Below, in pieces: positions 51,845 to 60,222 of a stretch of DNA of 64,000 bases. A model generated the notes under the pieces. The model saw only the letters and a program-made list of their open reading frames with translations, was not told the DNA's origin and searched no databases. This DNA is from Spirochaetales bacterium (lineage in GTDB: Bacteria > Spirochaetota > GWE2-31-10 > MWDO01), in assembly GCA_017540815.1 (NCBI GenBank), contig JAFYAI010000144.1, forward strand, positions 685 to 64,684. Direction: 5' to 3'. How positions within the stretch are numbered: position 1 is the stretch's first letter; every line of letters begins with the position of its first letter. Both the position numbers and the translations under genes were made by a program.

Positions 51845-52907
51845 ATGTTTCAATTTTAAGAATAAATTCAATCATATCCAACGCAGCTAAGCGTTTTGCT
51901 TCGGCTTTAGAATAGGCTTCTCCTATTCCGGCTTGCCTATAACCATCTATATCTTTATACTCATCAATAAAACATTCACATCGCCAAAGTTGATGCCCAT
52001 CATCGTGAGATTTTATAAAACAATTCAAATTGGGCTTTGATATAAATTTTTTCAAATAAAGAGTATTTAGGGCTTGAACTGCGGTTTTTTCTGTAGCATT
52101 TCCTATAATTTGTCTAATCTGATAACCCTGCAAATAATCCAATGCTTTTTTTGCCGCATCCATTTTTGCTGCTGTTTCAGTTTTTCCAGAACCATCTCTT
52201 GAAGTTGAATACCATGAATTATTTAAGTAGAGCGAAACATTGCATCTGAATATTCCGTCATTATTTTTATTAACAAATGAGAATTTAGGTTCTCTAATAT
52301 CTAACTCATAGCACTTATCATAAAGCATATCGATGAAATTTTCATCAAAGTCTAATATTTCCCACATTAATTTACAAGACTTTTCGATAACATCCCAATT
52401 CCATTCATTTTTAGAAGATGAATAAGAATATTTTATTGAAGAAGCAACAGCAATCGCACCAATAATTGCTTCAAATAAATCACAGCGGACTTTTTCGTTT
52501 TTCCACACTTCGTTATTTTTATCACTCTTACCTAATAGTAGATACCTATCTAAATTTAGCACGTCAATACAATGAGCCAATGCAGATCTATTCACATATT
52601 TAGCTCGGATTCTAGTTAGTTCAGATTCGTTTTTTTCTGAATAAAAAAAGTCATCTTTATATGAATTTGGAAATGTACTGTAAGAATGCCATAACCAATC
52701 TGTCATAATTGTATTGACGAGTTGATCACCATAAAATTCAAGTTCTTCATTACTCTTATATTCTTCATTTTCTGCAGCAAAAGATTTGCGAGTAAATGCC
52801 TGAATTAATAATTTTTTGTAATTACCAAACCTATACCCAATTTTCTCTTCAATTTCCGATTGATGTTCCAATAAATATTGAACATCTTCTTTTTCATTAA
52901 TGTTCAT
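51843..52907 (-). CDS. Ribonuclease III-like protein with two dsRBD-like domains
   Basis: IEEKIGYRF, QAFTRKS, signature NEELEFYGD, DLFEAIIGAI; two dsRBD ends (GSGKTETAAKMDAAKKAL, GEAYSKAEAKRLAALDM); GGAGG RBS before ATG 52907. Confidence 0.85.
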   Translation of the reverse strand: MNINEKEDVQYLLEHQSEIEEKIGYRFGNYKKLLIQAFTRKSFAAENEEYKSNEELEFYGDQLVNTIMTDWLWHSYSTFPNSYKDDFFYSEKNESELTRIRAKYVNRSALAHCIDVLNLDRYLLLGKSDKNNEVWKNEKVRCDLFEAIIGAIAVASSIKYSYSSSKNEWNWDVIEKSCKLMWEILDFDENFIDMLYDKCYELDIREPKFSFVNKNNDGIFRCNVSLYLNNSWYSTSRDGSGKTETAAKMDAAKKALDYLQGYQIRQIIGNATEKTAVQALNTLYLKKFISKPNLNCFIKSHDDGHQLWRCECFIDEYKDIDGYRQAGIGEAYSKAEAKRLAALDMIEFILKIET

Positions 52908-53105
52908 TATGAACCTCCATAGATATATATTTCTTGGAGGCACTACTGCACAGTGTTCCTATATGTGAGAATTATAATAACACTTGGCTTTGATCCAGAT
53001 GCATTAAAAAGAAAATAATGTGAATGTTCTTCAGCACAAGAAACAATTCATTTATAGTCATTCTAAATAACTGATTTCAAATGAAGTGCCTTCATTATGA
53101 TTATA

Positions 53106-53134
53106 ATCATAGTGTATTCTTTATTGTTTGTCAA
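53106..53134 (-). promoter_or_regulatory. sigma70 promoter of the RNase III-like gene
   Basis: TTGACA-17 bp-TATGAT on the minus strand. Confidence 0.65.
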
Positions 53135-53193
53135 GATTTTTCTTTATTATTATTATTTTGCGAAAACCTCGCTGTTTTTCCACAACTTTTTTA

Positions 53194-53222
53194 TAGACAA
53201 AAATCATTATTTAATGTATAAT
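53194..53222 (+). promoter_or_regulatory. sigma70 promoter of trpFBA
   Basis: TAGACA-17 bp-TATAAT. Confidence 0.7.
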
Positions 53223-53253
53223 ATAAATCAATCTAGTGTCAGTGGTGAGGCAG

Positions 53254-53862
53254 ATGACCAAAATGAAATTATGCGGCATAAGCCGTGTGCAGGATGCTGA
53301 AACTGCCAACGATATAATGCCGGATTATGTCGGATTTGTATTTTGGAGCAGGAGTCATCGCTGCATAGACATTGAGACGGCAAAACTGCTGAGACAAACG
53401 CTAAGACCTGATATAATGACTGTCGGCGTATTCGTCAATGAAAAGGCTGATATGATCGCCAAGTTGTATCGCGATGGGCTAATAAATATGGCTCAGCTGC
53501 ACGGCAATGAGGATGAGGATTATATCAAGTCACTTCGCAGAATGGCGGATATTCCGATTATAAAGGCATTCCGCATTCGGAGCAGGGCTGACTTGGATGC
53601 GGCACAGTGCAGCACTGCAGACTATATCCTGCTTGACGCAGGCATGGGTGATGGAGTGACTTTTGACTGGGAGTGGCTTAAAAACTTTGACAGACCTTAC
53701 ATTCTCGCAGGCGGATTGGACTGTCAAAATGTGACGGAAGCGATAAATCGACTGCACCCGTTCGGTGTGGATGTAAGCAGCGGCATCGAGACTGCCTGGA
53801 TAAAAGACAAAGATAAAATGCTCACATTTGCAGCTGCTGTAAGAGCTGCGGATAAAGGATAG
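53254..53862 (+). CDS. trpF: Phosphoribosylanthranilate isomerase
   Basis: KMKLCGI, VGVFVN, QLHGNE, LAGGL, GVDVSSGIET. Confidence 0.94.
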   Translation: MTKMKLCGISRVQDAETANDIMPDYVGFVFWSRSHRCIDIETAKLLRQTLRPDIMTVGVFVNEKADMIAKLYRDGLINMAQLHGNEDEDYIKSLRRMADIPIIKAFRIRSRADLDAAQCSTADYILLDAGMGDGVTFDWEWLKNFDRPYILAGGLDCQNVTEAINRLHPFGVDVSSGIETAWIKDKDKMLTFAAAVRAADKG

Positions 53863-53865
53863 ATT

Positions 53866-55056
53866 ATGACAAATCAGAACGGACGATTTGGCATTCACGG
53901 CGGACAGTATATCCCTGAAACGCTTATGAATGCCGTAATAGAACTTGAGAATGCCTACAATCATTATAAAGACGATCCTGACTTCAATCGTGAACTGACC
54001 GACTTGTTTAACGATTATGCAGGCAGACCGTCGCGGCTCTACTTCGCTAAGAAGATGACCGAAGACTTAGGCGATGCGAAGATATATCTCAAACGCGAAG
54101 ATCTCAATCATACCGGCTCACACAAGATCAATAATGTACTGGGGCAGGCCCTGCTCGCTCACAAGATGGGCAAGACACGGCTAATCGCTGAGACAGGAGC
54201 AGGTCAGCACGGAGTTGCGACTGCGACAGCGGCTACGCTTTTCGGTATGGAATGTGTCGTATTCATGGGTGAAGAAGACACTAAGCGTCAGGCTCTCAAT
54301 GTCTACAGAATGAAACTCCTCGGTGCAACAGTTGTGCCGGTCAAGACAGGCACTGCCACACTGAAAGATGCAGTCAGTGAAGCTATGAGAGAATGGACTT
54401 CCCGAATTAGTGACACTCACTACTGTCTTGGTTCTGTTATGGGACCGCACCCATTCCCTACTATTGTGCGTGACTTTCAGGCGGTAATATCCCGTGAGAT
54501 CAAGTCTCAGATGCTTGAGGCAGAAGGGAGACTTCCCGATGCAGTGCTTGCCTGCGTAGGCGGCGGCTCGAATGCAATGGGCAGTTTCTATAACTTCATC
54601 GAAGATAAAAATGTTCGGCTAATCGGCTGCGAGGCAGCCGGACGCGGAGTCGATACATTCGAGACAGCGGCTACCATTGCTACCGGTCGGCTCGGGATAT
54701 TCCACGGAATGAAGAGTTATTTCTGTCAGGACAAATACGGGCAGATCGCACCTGTATACAGTATCTCTGCCGGACTTGACTATCCCGGTATCGGACCGGA
54801 ACATGCATGGCTGCACGACATTGGCAGAGCCGAATATGTGCCTGTTACGGATGATGAAGCAGTTCAGGCATTTGAGTATCTGTCACGAATGGAAGGCATC
54901 ATACCGGCTATCGAGTCGGCACACGCCGTGGCTCATGCGATGAAGATCGCTCCGAAGATGGATAAGGATCAGATTATCGTTATCACAATTTCCGGACGAG
55001 GCGACAAAGATGTTGCCGCTATCGCACGCTATCGCGGGGAGGACATCTATGAGTAA
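53866..55056 (+). CDS. trpB: Tryptophan synthase beta chain
   Basis: [48 protein letters not shown]. Confidence 0.98.
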   Translation: MTNQNGRFGIHGGQYIPETLMNAVIELENAYNHYKDDPDFNRELTDLFNDYAGRPSRLYFAKKMTEDLGDAKIYLKREDLNHTGSHKINNVLGQALLAHKMGKTRLIAETGAGQHGVATATAATLFGMECVVFMGEEDTKRQALNVYRMKLLGATVVPVKTGTATLKDAVSEAMREWTSRISDTHYCLGSVMGPHPFPTIVRDFQAVISREIKSQMLEAEGRLPDAVLACVGGGSNAMGSFYNFIEDKNVRLIGCEAAGRGVDTFETAATIATGRLGIFHGMKSYFCQDKYGQIAPVYSISAGLDYPGIGPEHAWLHDIGRAEYVPVTDDEAVQAFEYLSRMEGIIPAIESAHAVAHAMKIAPKMDKDQIIVITISGRGDKDVAAIARYRGEDIYE

Positions 55057-55822
55057 TATTGCAAAAGCCTTTGCCAATGGCAAAGCATTTATACCATTCA
55101 TCACATGCGGAGATCCGGATATTCCAACGACGGAAGCCTGCATCCGCGAGATGGTGCGGGCAGGAGCAGACCTTATCGAACTTGGCATACCATTCTCAGA
55201 CCCGACAGCAGAAGGACCAGTCATACAAGGTGCAAACATTCGGGCACTAAGCGGCGGAGTTACGACGGATAAAGTATTCGAGATGGTTATCCGCCTGCGT
55301 GCAGATATAACAGTTCCGATGGTATTCATGACCTACGCAAATGTTGTATTTTCTTACGGAGCGGAGAAGTTTATCGGCAAATGCCGAGAGATAGGCATTG
55401 ACGGACTCATTCTGCCGGATCTGCCGTTTGAAGAGAAAGACGAGTTTCTCCCGCTGTGCAGACAGAATGATGTAGATCTCATATCGCTGATTGCTCCGAC
55501 ATCCGACAACCGTATCGCGATGATTGCCAAAGAAGCAGAAGGTTTTATATATCTCGTGTCGAGTCTCGGAGTGACAGGAATGCGCAGCCAGATTAACACT
55601 GATCTTGAGTCGATTGTTAAAGTCATTCGTGCGAATACAAAAGTGCCGTGTGCAATCGGTTTCGGCATCTCAACGCCAGAGCAGGCACATAAGATGGCAG
55701 GCATATCAGACGGAGCAATCGTCGGCTCTGCGATTATCAAGATATTGGCAGAGCATGGTGTATCTGCTCCTCCTCTCGTCGGAGAATATGTCAAGAAGAT
55801 GAAAGATGCGGTGAGAAGGTGA
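55049..55822 (+). CDS. trpA: Tryptophan synthase alpha chain
   Basis: [36 protein letters not shown]; ATG 55049 overlaps the trpB end. Confidence 0.96.
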   Translation: MSNIAKAFANGKAFIPFITCGDPDIPTTEACIREMVRAGADLIELGIPFSDPTAEGPVIQGANIRALSGGVTTDKVFEMVIRLRADITVPMVFMTYANVVFSYGAEKFIGKCREIGIDGLILPDLPFEEKDEFLPLCRQNDVDLISLIAPTSDNRIAMIAKEAEGFIYLVSSLGVTGMRSQINTDLESIVKVIRANTKVPCAIGFGISTPEQAHKMAGISDGAIVGSAIIKILAEHGVSAPPLVGEYVKKMKDAVRR

Positions 55823-55831
55823 AGACAGGAC

Positions 55832-55865
55832 AAAAAAAAGCGGCACAAATTGTGCCGCTTTTTTT
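55832..55865. terminator. Bidirectional terminator
   Basis: A-run GCGGCACA-aat-TGTGCCGC T-run between convergent genes. Confidence 0.85.
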
Positions 55866-55879
55866 ATCATTATTTCTCA

Positions 55880-57367
55880 TTAATTTATCTTCAGATAATG
55901 TCTCTCCAAATACAAACTGCGGTTCTGACTTGGCTTGTGATATTTCGACTCAGGATAGTTCTTGATGATAATATTATATATCCGATATGCTTCGCGGTAG
56001 TCAGGATTGACCTTGTAATGCTCCAGCGAATATGCCAGATAGTATAATGCCTTATCAGTCAGGTTAGACTCCGGGAAATCCTGCATAAACTTGCGGTAGC
56101 CGGTAATCGCCCCTTTGTAGTCGCCGTTCATCACAAGCAAGTCATAATCAATAATGCCGAGTTTATCATCGGACTGTCGGGCATCAGGAGTGGCATACTG
56201 ATTATACACCTTAGCAGCACCGGCAGTATCATTGTCATTCTTATACAATCCTATAAGCTCGGTCAAGGCATCGGCATAGTATACATTATCCGGATCGGAG
56301 AGTGCTGCCGTGAACTGTTTGCGTGCTTCATCCGGCTTAGCCTGCCGCTTAGCAGCCATACCGGCTTTGTATGCAGCCTCGGCAGCACCGGGTTTGACAG
56401 CAGGAGTGCTCGCAGCTTTTGTATTCTTAGACGGCGACTCCTGTATGAATATCTTATAAGGCTGCCGAATAATCGCATCTTTAGTCGTTCGGACGAAGAC
56501 AAGATTAACCTCGCCCGGAGCTTTGACATCAAATGTGAATATCGTCTGCTTGTCATTGCTTTTGCGGTCTTTGAGTTCCAGATAAGCAGGCAGCATCTTC
56601 TTCATCACCCACTGATCGCCTGCCATCGAAAGTGTCAGCTGACTATCCGTAACACCTGCCTGCTCCTGCTGAGGCATTTCTTTGACTTTGAGATTTTTAA
56701 GATTAGTCATATCAAGTGTATCTTCGTCAATCTTGCGAACAGGCACAAATGCTGTCTCTTTCTTAGCCGAAGCAGGACTCCGCTTAGCATTGGATTTCTC
56801 TGTTTCATTTGCTTTCTTCGTTTCAGTCGGGATTGCATTAGACCGAGCTGATAATTCGTTATGCTGAGGTGCTGCCGAAACTTCTGTAACAATCGATTCT
56901 TCGCTTCGCTCAGAATGACGGGATAATTCTTCATTATGCATTATGAATTGTGCATTGTGCATTGTATCAGATCTCTCTGTTTCGGTCGAACTGACATTAT
57001 CAGCAGACTTTTCATTCTTCATTGTGAATTGTGAATTGTGAATTATGAATTGTTCATCCTCATCATCCGCAAGACCAATATCCCAGAAGGCTTTAGTCTG
57101 TTCGGCATCCTGATCCCGGCTAAGCAGAGTCTCCGGCATAGGGCTTCGATAGCGGACAACACGCTCCAACCGCGGACTGATCATATCGCTGCCATAGTCG
57201 TCACTGCTGATAAGCCGCTTAGACACAGAATGTGATGCGGTCACAGCCGATTCCATTTGCGGATAACGCATTTCGGTAACAGCATTATTCGACATACAGC
57301 CTGTCATCGCAAGACATAATACGGCAGTAAGGATATTACTTGGTTTCTGATTTGGTTTTCTTCGCAT
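55880..57367 (-). CDS. Lipoprotein with low-complexity repeat-derived linker and C-terminal TPR (BamD/YbgF-like) repeats
   Basis: Lipobox MTGC; C-terminal DYKGAITGYRKFMQDFPES, KALYYLAY, IIKNYPES. Confidence 0.75.
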   Translation of the reverse strand: MRRKPNQKPSNILTAVLCLAMTGCMSNNAVTEMRYPQMESAVTASHSVSKRLISSDDYGSDMISPRLERVVRYRSPMPETLLSRDQDAEQTKAFWDIGLADDEDEQFIIHNSQFTMKNEKSADNVSSTETERSDTMHNAQFIMHNEELSRHSERSEESIVTEVSAAPQHNELSARSNAIPTETKKANETEKSNAKRSPASAKKETAFVPVRKIDEDTLDMTNLKNLKVKEMPQQEQAGVTDSQLTLSMAGDQWVMKKMLPAYLELKDRKSNDKQTIFTFDVKAPGEVNLVFVRTTKDAIIRQPYKIFIQESPSKNTKAASTPAVKPGAAEAAYKAGMAAKRQAKPDEARKQFTAALSDPDNVYYADALTELIGLYKNDNDTAGAAKVYNQYATPDARQSDDKLGIIDYDLLVMNGDYKGAITGYRKFMQDFPESNLTDKALYYLAYSLEHYKVNPDYREAYRIYNIIIKNYPESKYHKPSQNRSLYLERHYLKIN

Positions 57368-57800
57368 TTTTGCCCCTCGTCTCGAAGTTGAATTTCAATT
57401 CATCTTCAACTGCATCTTCAAGAATGGTCTGATAGTCTTTAACTACCATATCAATCTTCGGAGGGGTGTATTCTTTGAGCGTCATAAAGTCGATATAATC
57501 ATCAGAAACCTCAAATGTGTGATTAACAGGCAGAACCAACTCATCACGCATAAGCATCCGGAAGTCCTCTTCACGCGGATCGGAAGCAGGTCTGACAGGT
57601 GTGACGAATGTTCTGTCAGGACGAGAACATCCCCTGCCAATCATCAAAGCCGTAATGACAATGAGGACAACAAGCCCAGCTCCGACATAGAGTATGATCT
57701 TCATAATCTGTGCGAAGTTATTATCGACTGTTGCCTTCATGCCGTTCATCCCGGCAGAGACTTTCCCTGTGAATTTGTTCCTTAGATCTTTTACCGACAT
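57336..57800 (-). CDS. Hypothetical membrane-anchored protein
   Basis: Single TM segment (IILYVGAGLVVLIVITALMI); overlaps the downstream gene. Confidence 0.65.
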   Translation of the reverse strand: MSVKDLRNKFTGKVSAGMNGMKATVDNNFAQIMKIILYVGAGLVVLIVITALMIGRGCSRPDRTFVTPVRPASDPREEDFRMLMRDELVLPVNHTFEVSDDYIDFMTLKEYTPPKIDMVVKDYQTILEDAVEDELKFNFETRGKNAKKTKSETK

Positions 57801-57912
57801 AAGATTGTAAAAATATCCCCTCTGCTTTGAGTTTCCTCAAAGTCCCCAATTTATTTTTTTTGAAAATATCGTGACATTTCCCATCCCCATAGGAAATGTC
57901 ACGGATTTAACA

Positions 57913-59022
57913 TTATTTTCCGAACAGTTTTATCAATAATATGATAATCGCCGTAACTCCTGCGATACCGCCAAACAGTCCGAGAACCTTTGCCCAACTT
58001 GTCGGAGCCTTACCGGCTACTTTACCGGTCTGACCGTTTACAAGGAAATTATACACTTTATCCTTGAATCGATATGACGAGATCCATATAGGCAGCATCA
58101 TCAGCTTATAGTCAATCGTCTGATAGTCTGTGGTAACATTGAGATTGCGATGTTCATCACCGCCGATCTCCTCGATAATACCACTGGCGATCTCTTCATC
58201 GATCTCATTCTTAGCCATGTTCCAGCCCTGATGAATATCGACTGTATATCGCTCTGCCAAAAATCCTGATATATATCTCGGATCATATTTGGTCAGTTCT
58301 TCCAACTTATACGGTTCAATGTCTTTCGCCAATATCTGACTGACATTATCCGAAGCAACAATATTGACATCATCAAAAGACTCTATGTAGTTACCGGCAA
58401 CTTTCTCCCACCGCGTATGCCTGATCTTCTCCTCTCTGGTCTGAACTTTACCATCACTGTCAGTGAAAGTCTTCATCTCATTTGTGTAGTAATATGTTCC
58501 TTTCTCTGCAGTATAGTCAGACTCTGTTTTCGAGTCAAATGACCAAAACGGCATATATACACCACTGATAGACTCCATTGTATGGCGGCTTTTCAGTGCA
58601 TTCGGAGCAAATTTCTTCTTAGAGATCCACTGTTTGAATGCCTCAGTTGCCTGATTCTTAGAGATCTTAAACGGTATTACCGTCTCAGGAGCTATTGCAG
58701 GATTAGTGTCCTCCTGAGTAAGTATATGCGATGATCCGCAGAATGCACAAAAATCAGCAGATTTGGCACTGTCTATCATAGTTTCTGCACCGCAGCTCTC
58801 ACATTTAATGAGACGCTTCTCTTCTCCCCAATTATGACTGGCACTTGTATCTGCCGTCCTGTAGTCGTGAACAGCCGGCTTCTCCTCATCCCTCTCGATC
58901 GGTGCAGTATCCGAACAGAAAGGACATTTGAGACTCTGGCTCTCCGGATCGAATTCCATATTGCCGCCGCAGGATCGGCATTGGTACTTCGATGTGTTTA
59001 CTTTAGATGCATTATCGCTCAT
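57913..59022 (-). CDS. Zn-ribbon (multi-CxxC) membrane-anchored protein
   Basis: CRSC, CPFC, CESC, CAFC; VYMPFWSF; VNGQTGKVAG; C-terminal TM segment. Confidence 0.8.
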   Translation of the reverse strand: MSDNASKVNTSKYQCRSCGGNMEFDPESQSLKCPFCSDTAPIERDEEKPAVHDYRTADTSASHNWGEEKRLIKCESCGAETMIDSAKSADFCAFCGSSHILTQEDTNPAIAPETVIPFKISKNQATEAFKQWISKKKFAPNALKSRHTMESISGVYMPFWSFDSKTESDYTAEKGTYYYTNEMKTFTDSDGKVQTREEKIRHTRWEKVAGNYIESFDDVNIVASDNVSQILAKDIEPYKLEELTKYDPRYISGFLAERYTVDIHQGWNMAKNEIDEEIASGIIEEIGGDEHRNLNVTTDYQTIDYKLMMLPIWISSYRFKDKVYNFLVNGQTGKVAGKAPTSWAKVLGLFGGIAGVTAIIILLIKLFGK

Positions 59023-59172
59023 ATTGATTCCTCACAGCAAATGCTACGCATTTTACATTATTTGATTAAATTATACACAAAAAATTTCAATTTATCAACA
59101 ATTATTTTAATTTACTTGACAAATTGCATAAATTTTCAGATAATTTATTAAAATCCAATATTCGGAGGCATC

Positions 59173-59574
59173 ATGCAGAACCAATCGGAAGCAATATTAA
59201 GCGAAAATGAAACAAAATCGACAGGGACACCGGAAGAAACCCGCAAAATCGTAGATGAACTTATCAATGTCCTAACCGAGAAAAAAGGTGAAGATATTAC
59301 GGCTCTTGATATTACGGATCAGAATTCTATAGCTGACTACATCATCATTGTAACAGCCAACTCCACACCGCATGCGGCAGGTCTCGGCAAAGCGGTCGTT
59401 GATTATTTTATGGACAACAATCACAAAGATTTCCTCTTCAAGCGGAATGTTGAGACAAACAATCCGTGGATCCTGGTTGATGCGAAAGATATTATCATCC
59501 ATATCTTCATGGCAGAAGAACGGGAGTTCTATAATCTGGAGAAGATTTATGCAAAAGGTAAGAGGATTTATTAA
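59173..59574 (+). CDS. rsfS: Ribosome silencing factor
   Basis: EKKGEDI, IADYIIIVTANS, WILVD, IHIF..EEREFYNLEK. Confidence 0.9.
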   Translation: MQNQSEAILSENETKSTGTPEETRKIVDELINVLTEKKGEDITALDITDQNSIADYIIIVTANSTPHAAGLGKAVVDYFMDNNHKDFLFKRNVETNNPWILVDAKDIIIHIFMAEEREFYNLEKIYAKGKRIY

Positions 59575-59605
59575 TTCATAATGCACAATTCATAATGCAG
59601 AATTT
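59572..59605 (+). repeat. AATTCAT/AATGCAC heptamer array
   Basis: TAATTCATAATGCACAATTCATAATGCAGAATTT starting at the rsfS stop codon. Confidence 0.75.
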
Positions 59606-59680
59606 AATTTACGGAACATTTGAAGACAGGATGTATTTTTCAATTCTGGGAAATGAGTTCAAGGGGAAGGAGACAAAGGC

Positions 59681-60118
59681 ATGATTAGAGAAGTCGTATT
59701 TGATGATTTAGACCAGCTTCTTGAATTGTATTTATTTCTGCACGAAAAGAAAAAGCCGGAAGTTGACGCAAACCTAAAAGAAGTGTGGAAGCAAATTATC
59801 GAGGACAAAAATCATCACATCATCGTAAATGAAGTTGACGGAAAGATTATCTCGTCCTGCGTCTGCGTAATTATTCCAAACCTGACCAGAAACATTCGCC
59901 CCTATGCCTTTGTTGAAAATGTCGTGACTCATGCTGATTACAGAGGAAAGGGGTATGCAAGTGCCTGCCTTGATTATGCAAAGAAACTTGCCCTTTCAGA
60001 AAACTGCTACAAGATGATGCTGCTGACCGGCTCCAAGGAAAAGTCCACGCTGGATTTTTATCAGAATGCAGGATACAACTGCAATGACAAGACTGCGTTC
60101 ATTCAGTGGTTAGAATAA
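59681..60118 (+). CDS. GNAT family N-acetyltransferase
   Basis: ENVVTHADYRGKGYA acetyl-CoA motif, CYKMMLLT, FYQNAGY. Confidence 0.9.
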   Translation: MIREVVFDDLDQLLELYLFLHEKKKPEVDANLKEVWKQIIEDKNHHIIVNEVDGKIISSCVCVIIPNLTRNIRPYAFVENVVTHADYRGKGYASACLDYAKKLALSENCYKMMLLTGSKEKSTLDFYQNAGYNCNDKTAFIQWLE

Positions 60119-60182
60119 AGTTATGACAATAACCCAAATCACCCAGAACAAAAAGTGCTATCTTCTCTCTCCTTCGTTATAT

Positions 60183-60212
60183 AAAAAACGCCCGACAAAG
60201 TCGGGCGTTTTT
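60183..60212. terminator. Bidirectional terminator
   Basis: AAAAACGCCCGAC-aaa-GTCGGGCGTTTTT. Confidence 0.85.
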
Positions 60213-60222
60213 AATCACTCAC

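Noticed and set aside
51351-51871. Three minus-strand ORFs spanning the GC element
   Set aside because: They are open only because the GC-rich palindrome lacks stop codons; two overlap trpC and one overlaps the RNase III-like gene end.
49400-53230. Integron cassette array or IS/prophage explaining the trp insertions
   Set aside because: No integrase or transposase, no clear attC (RYYYAAC...GTTRRRY) sites or target duplications; cassettes carry their own promoters and differ in orientation.
33768-59605. Heptamer arrays or hairpin clusters as CRISPR arrays
   Set aside because: No 23-47-bp repeats with unique spacers, and no cas genes.
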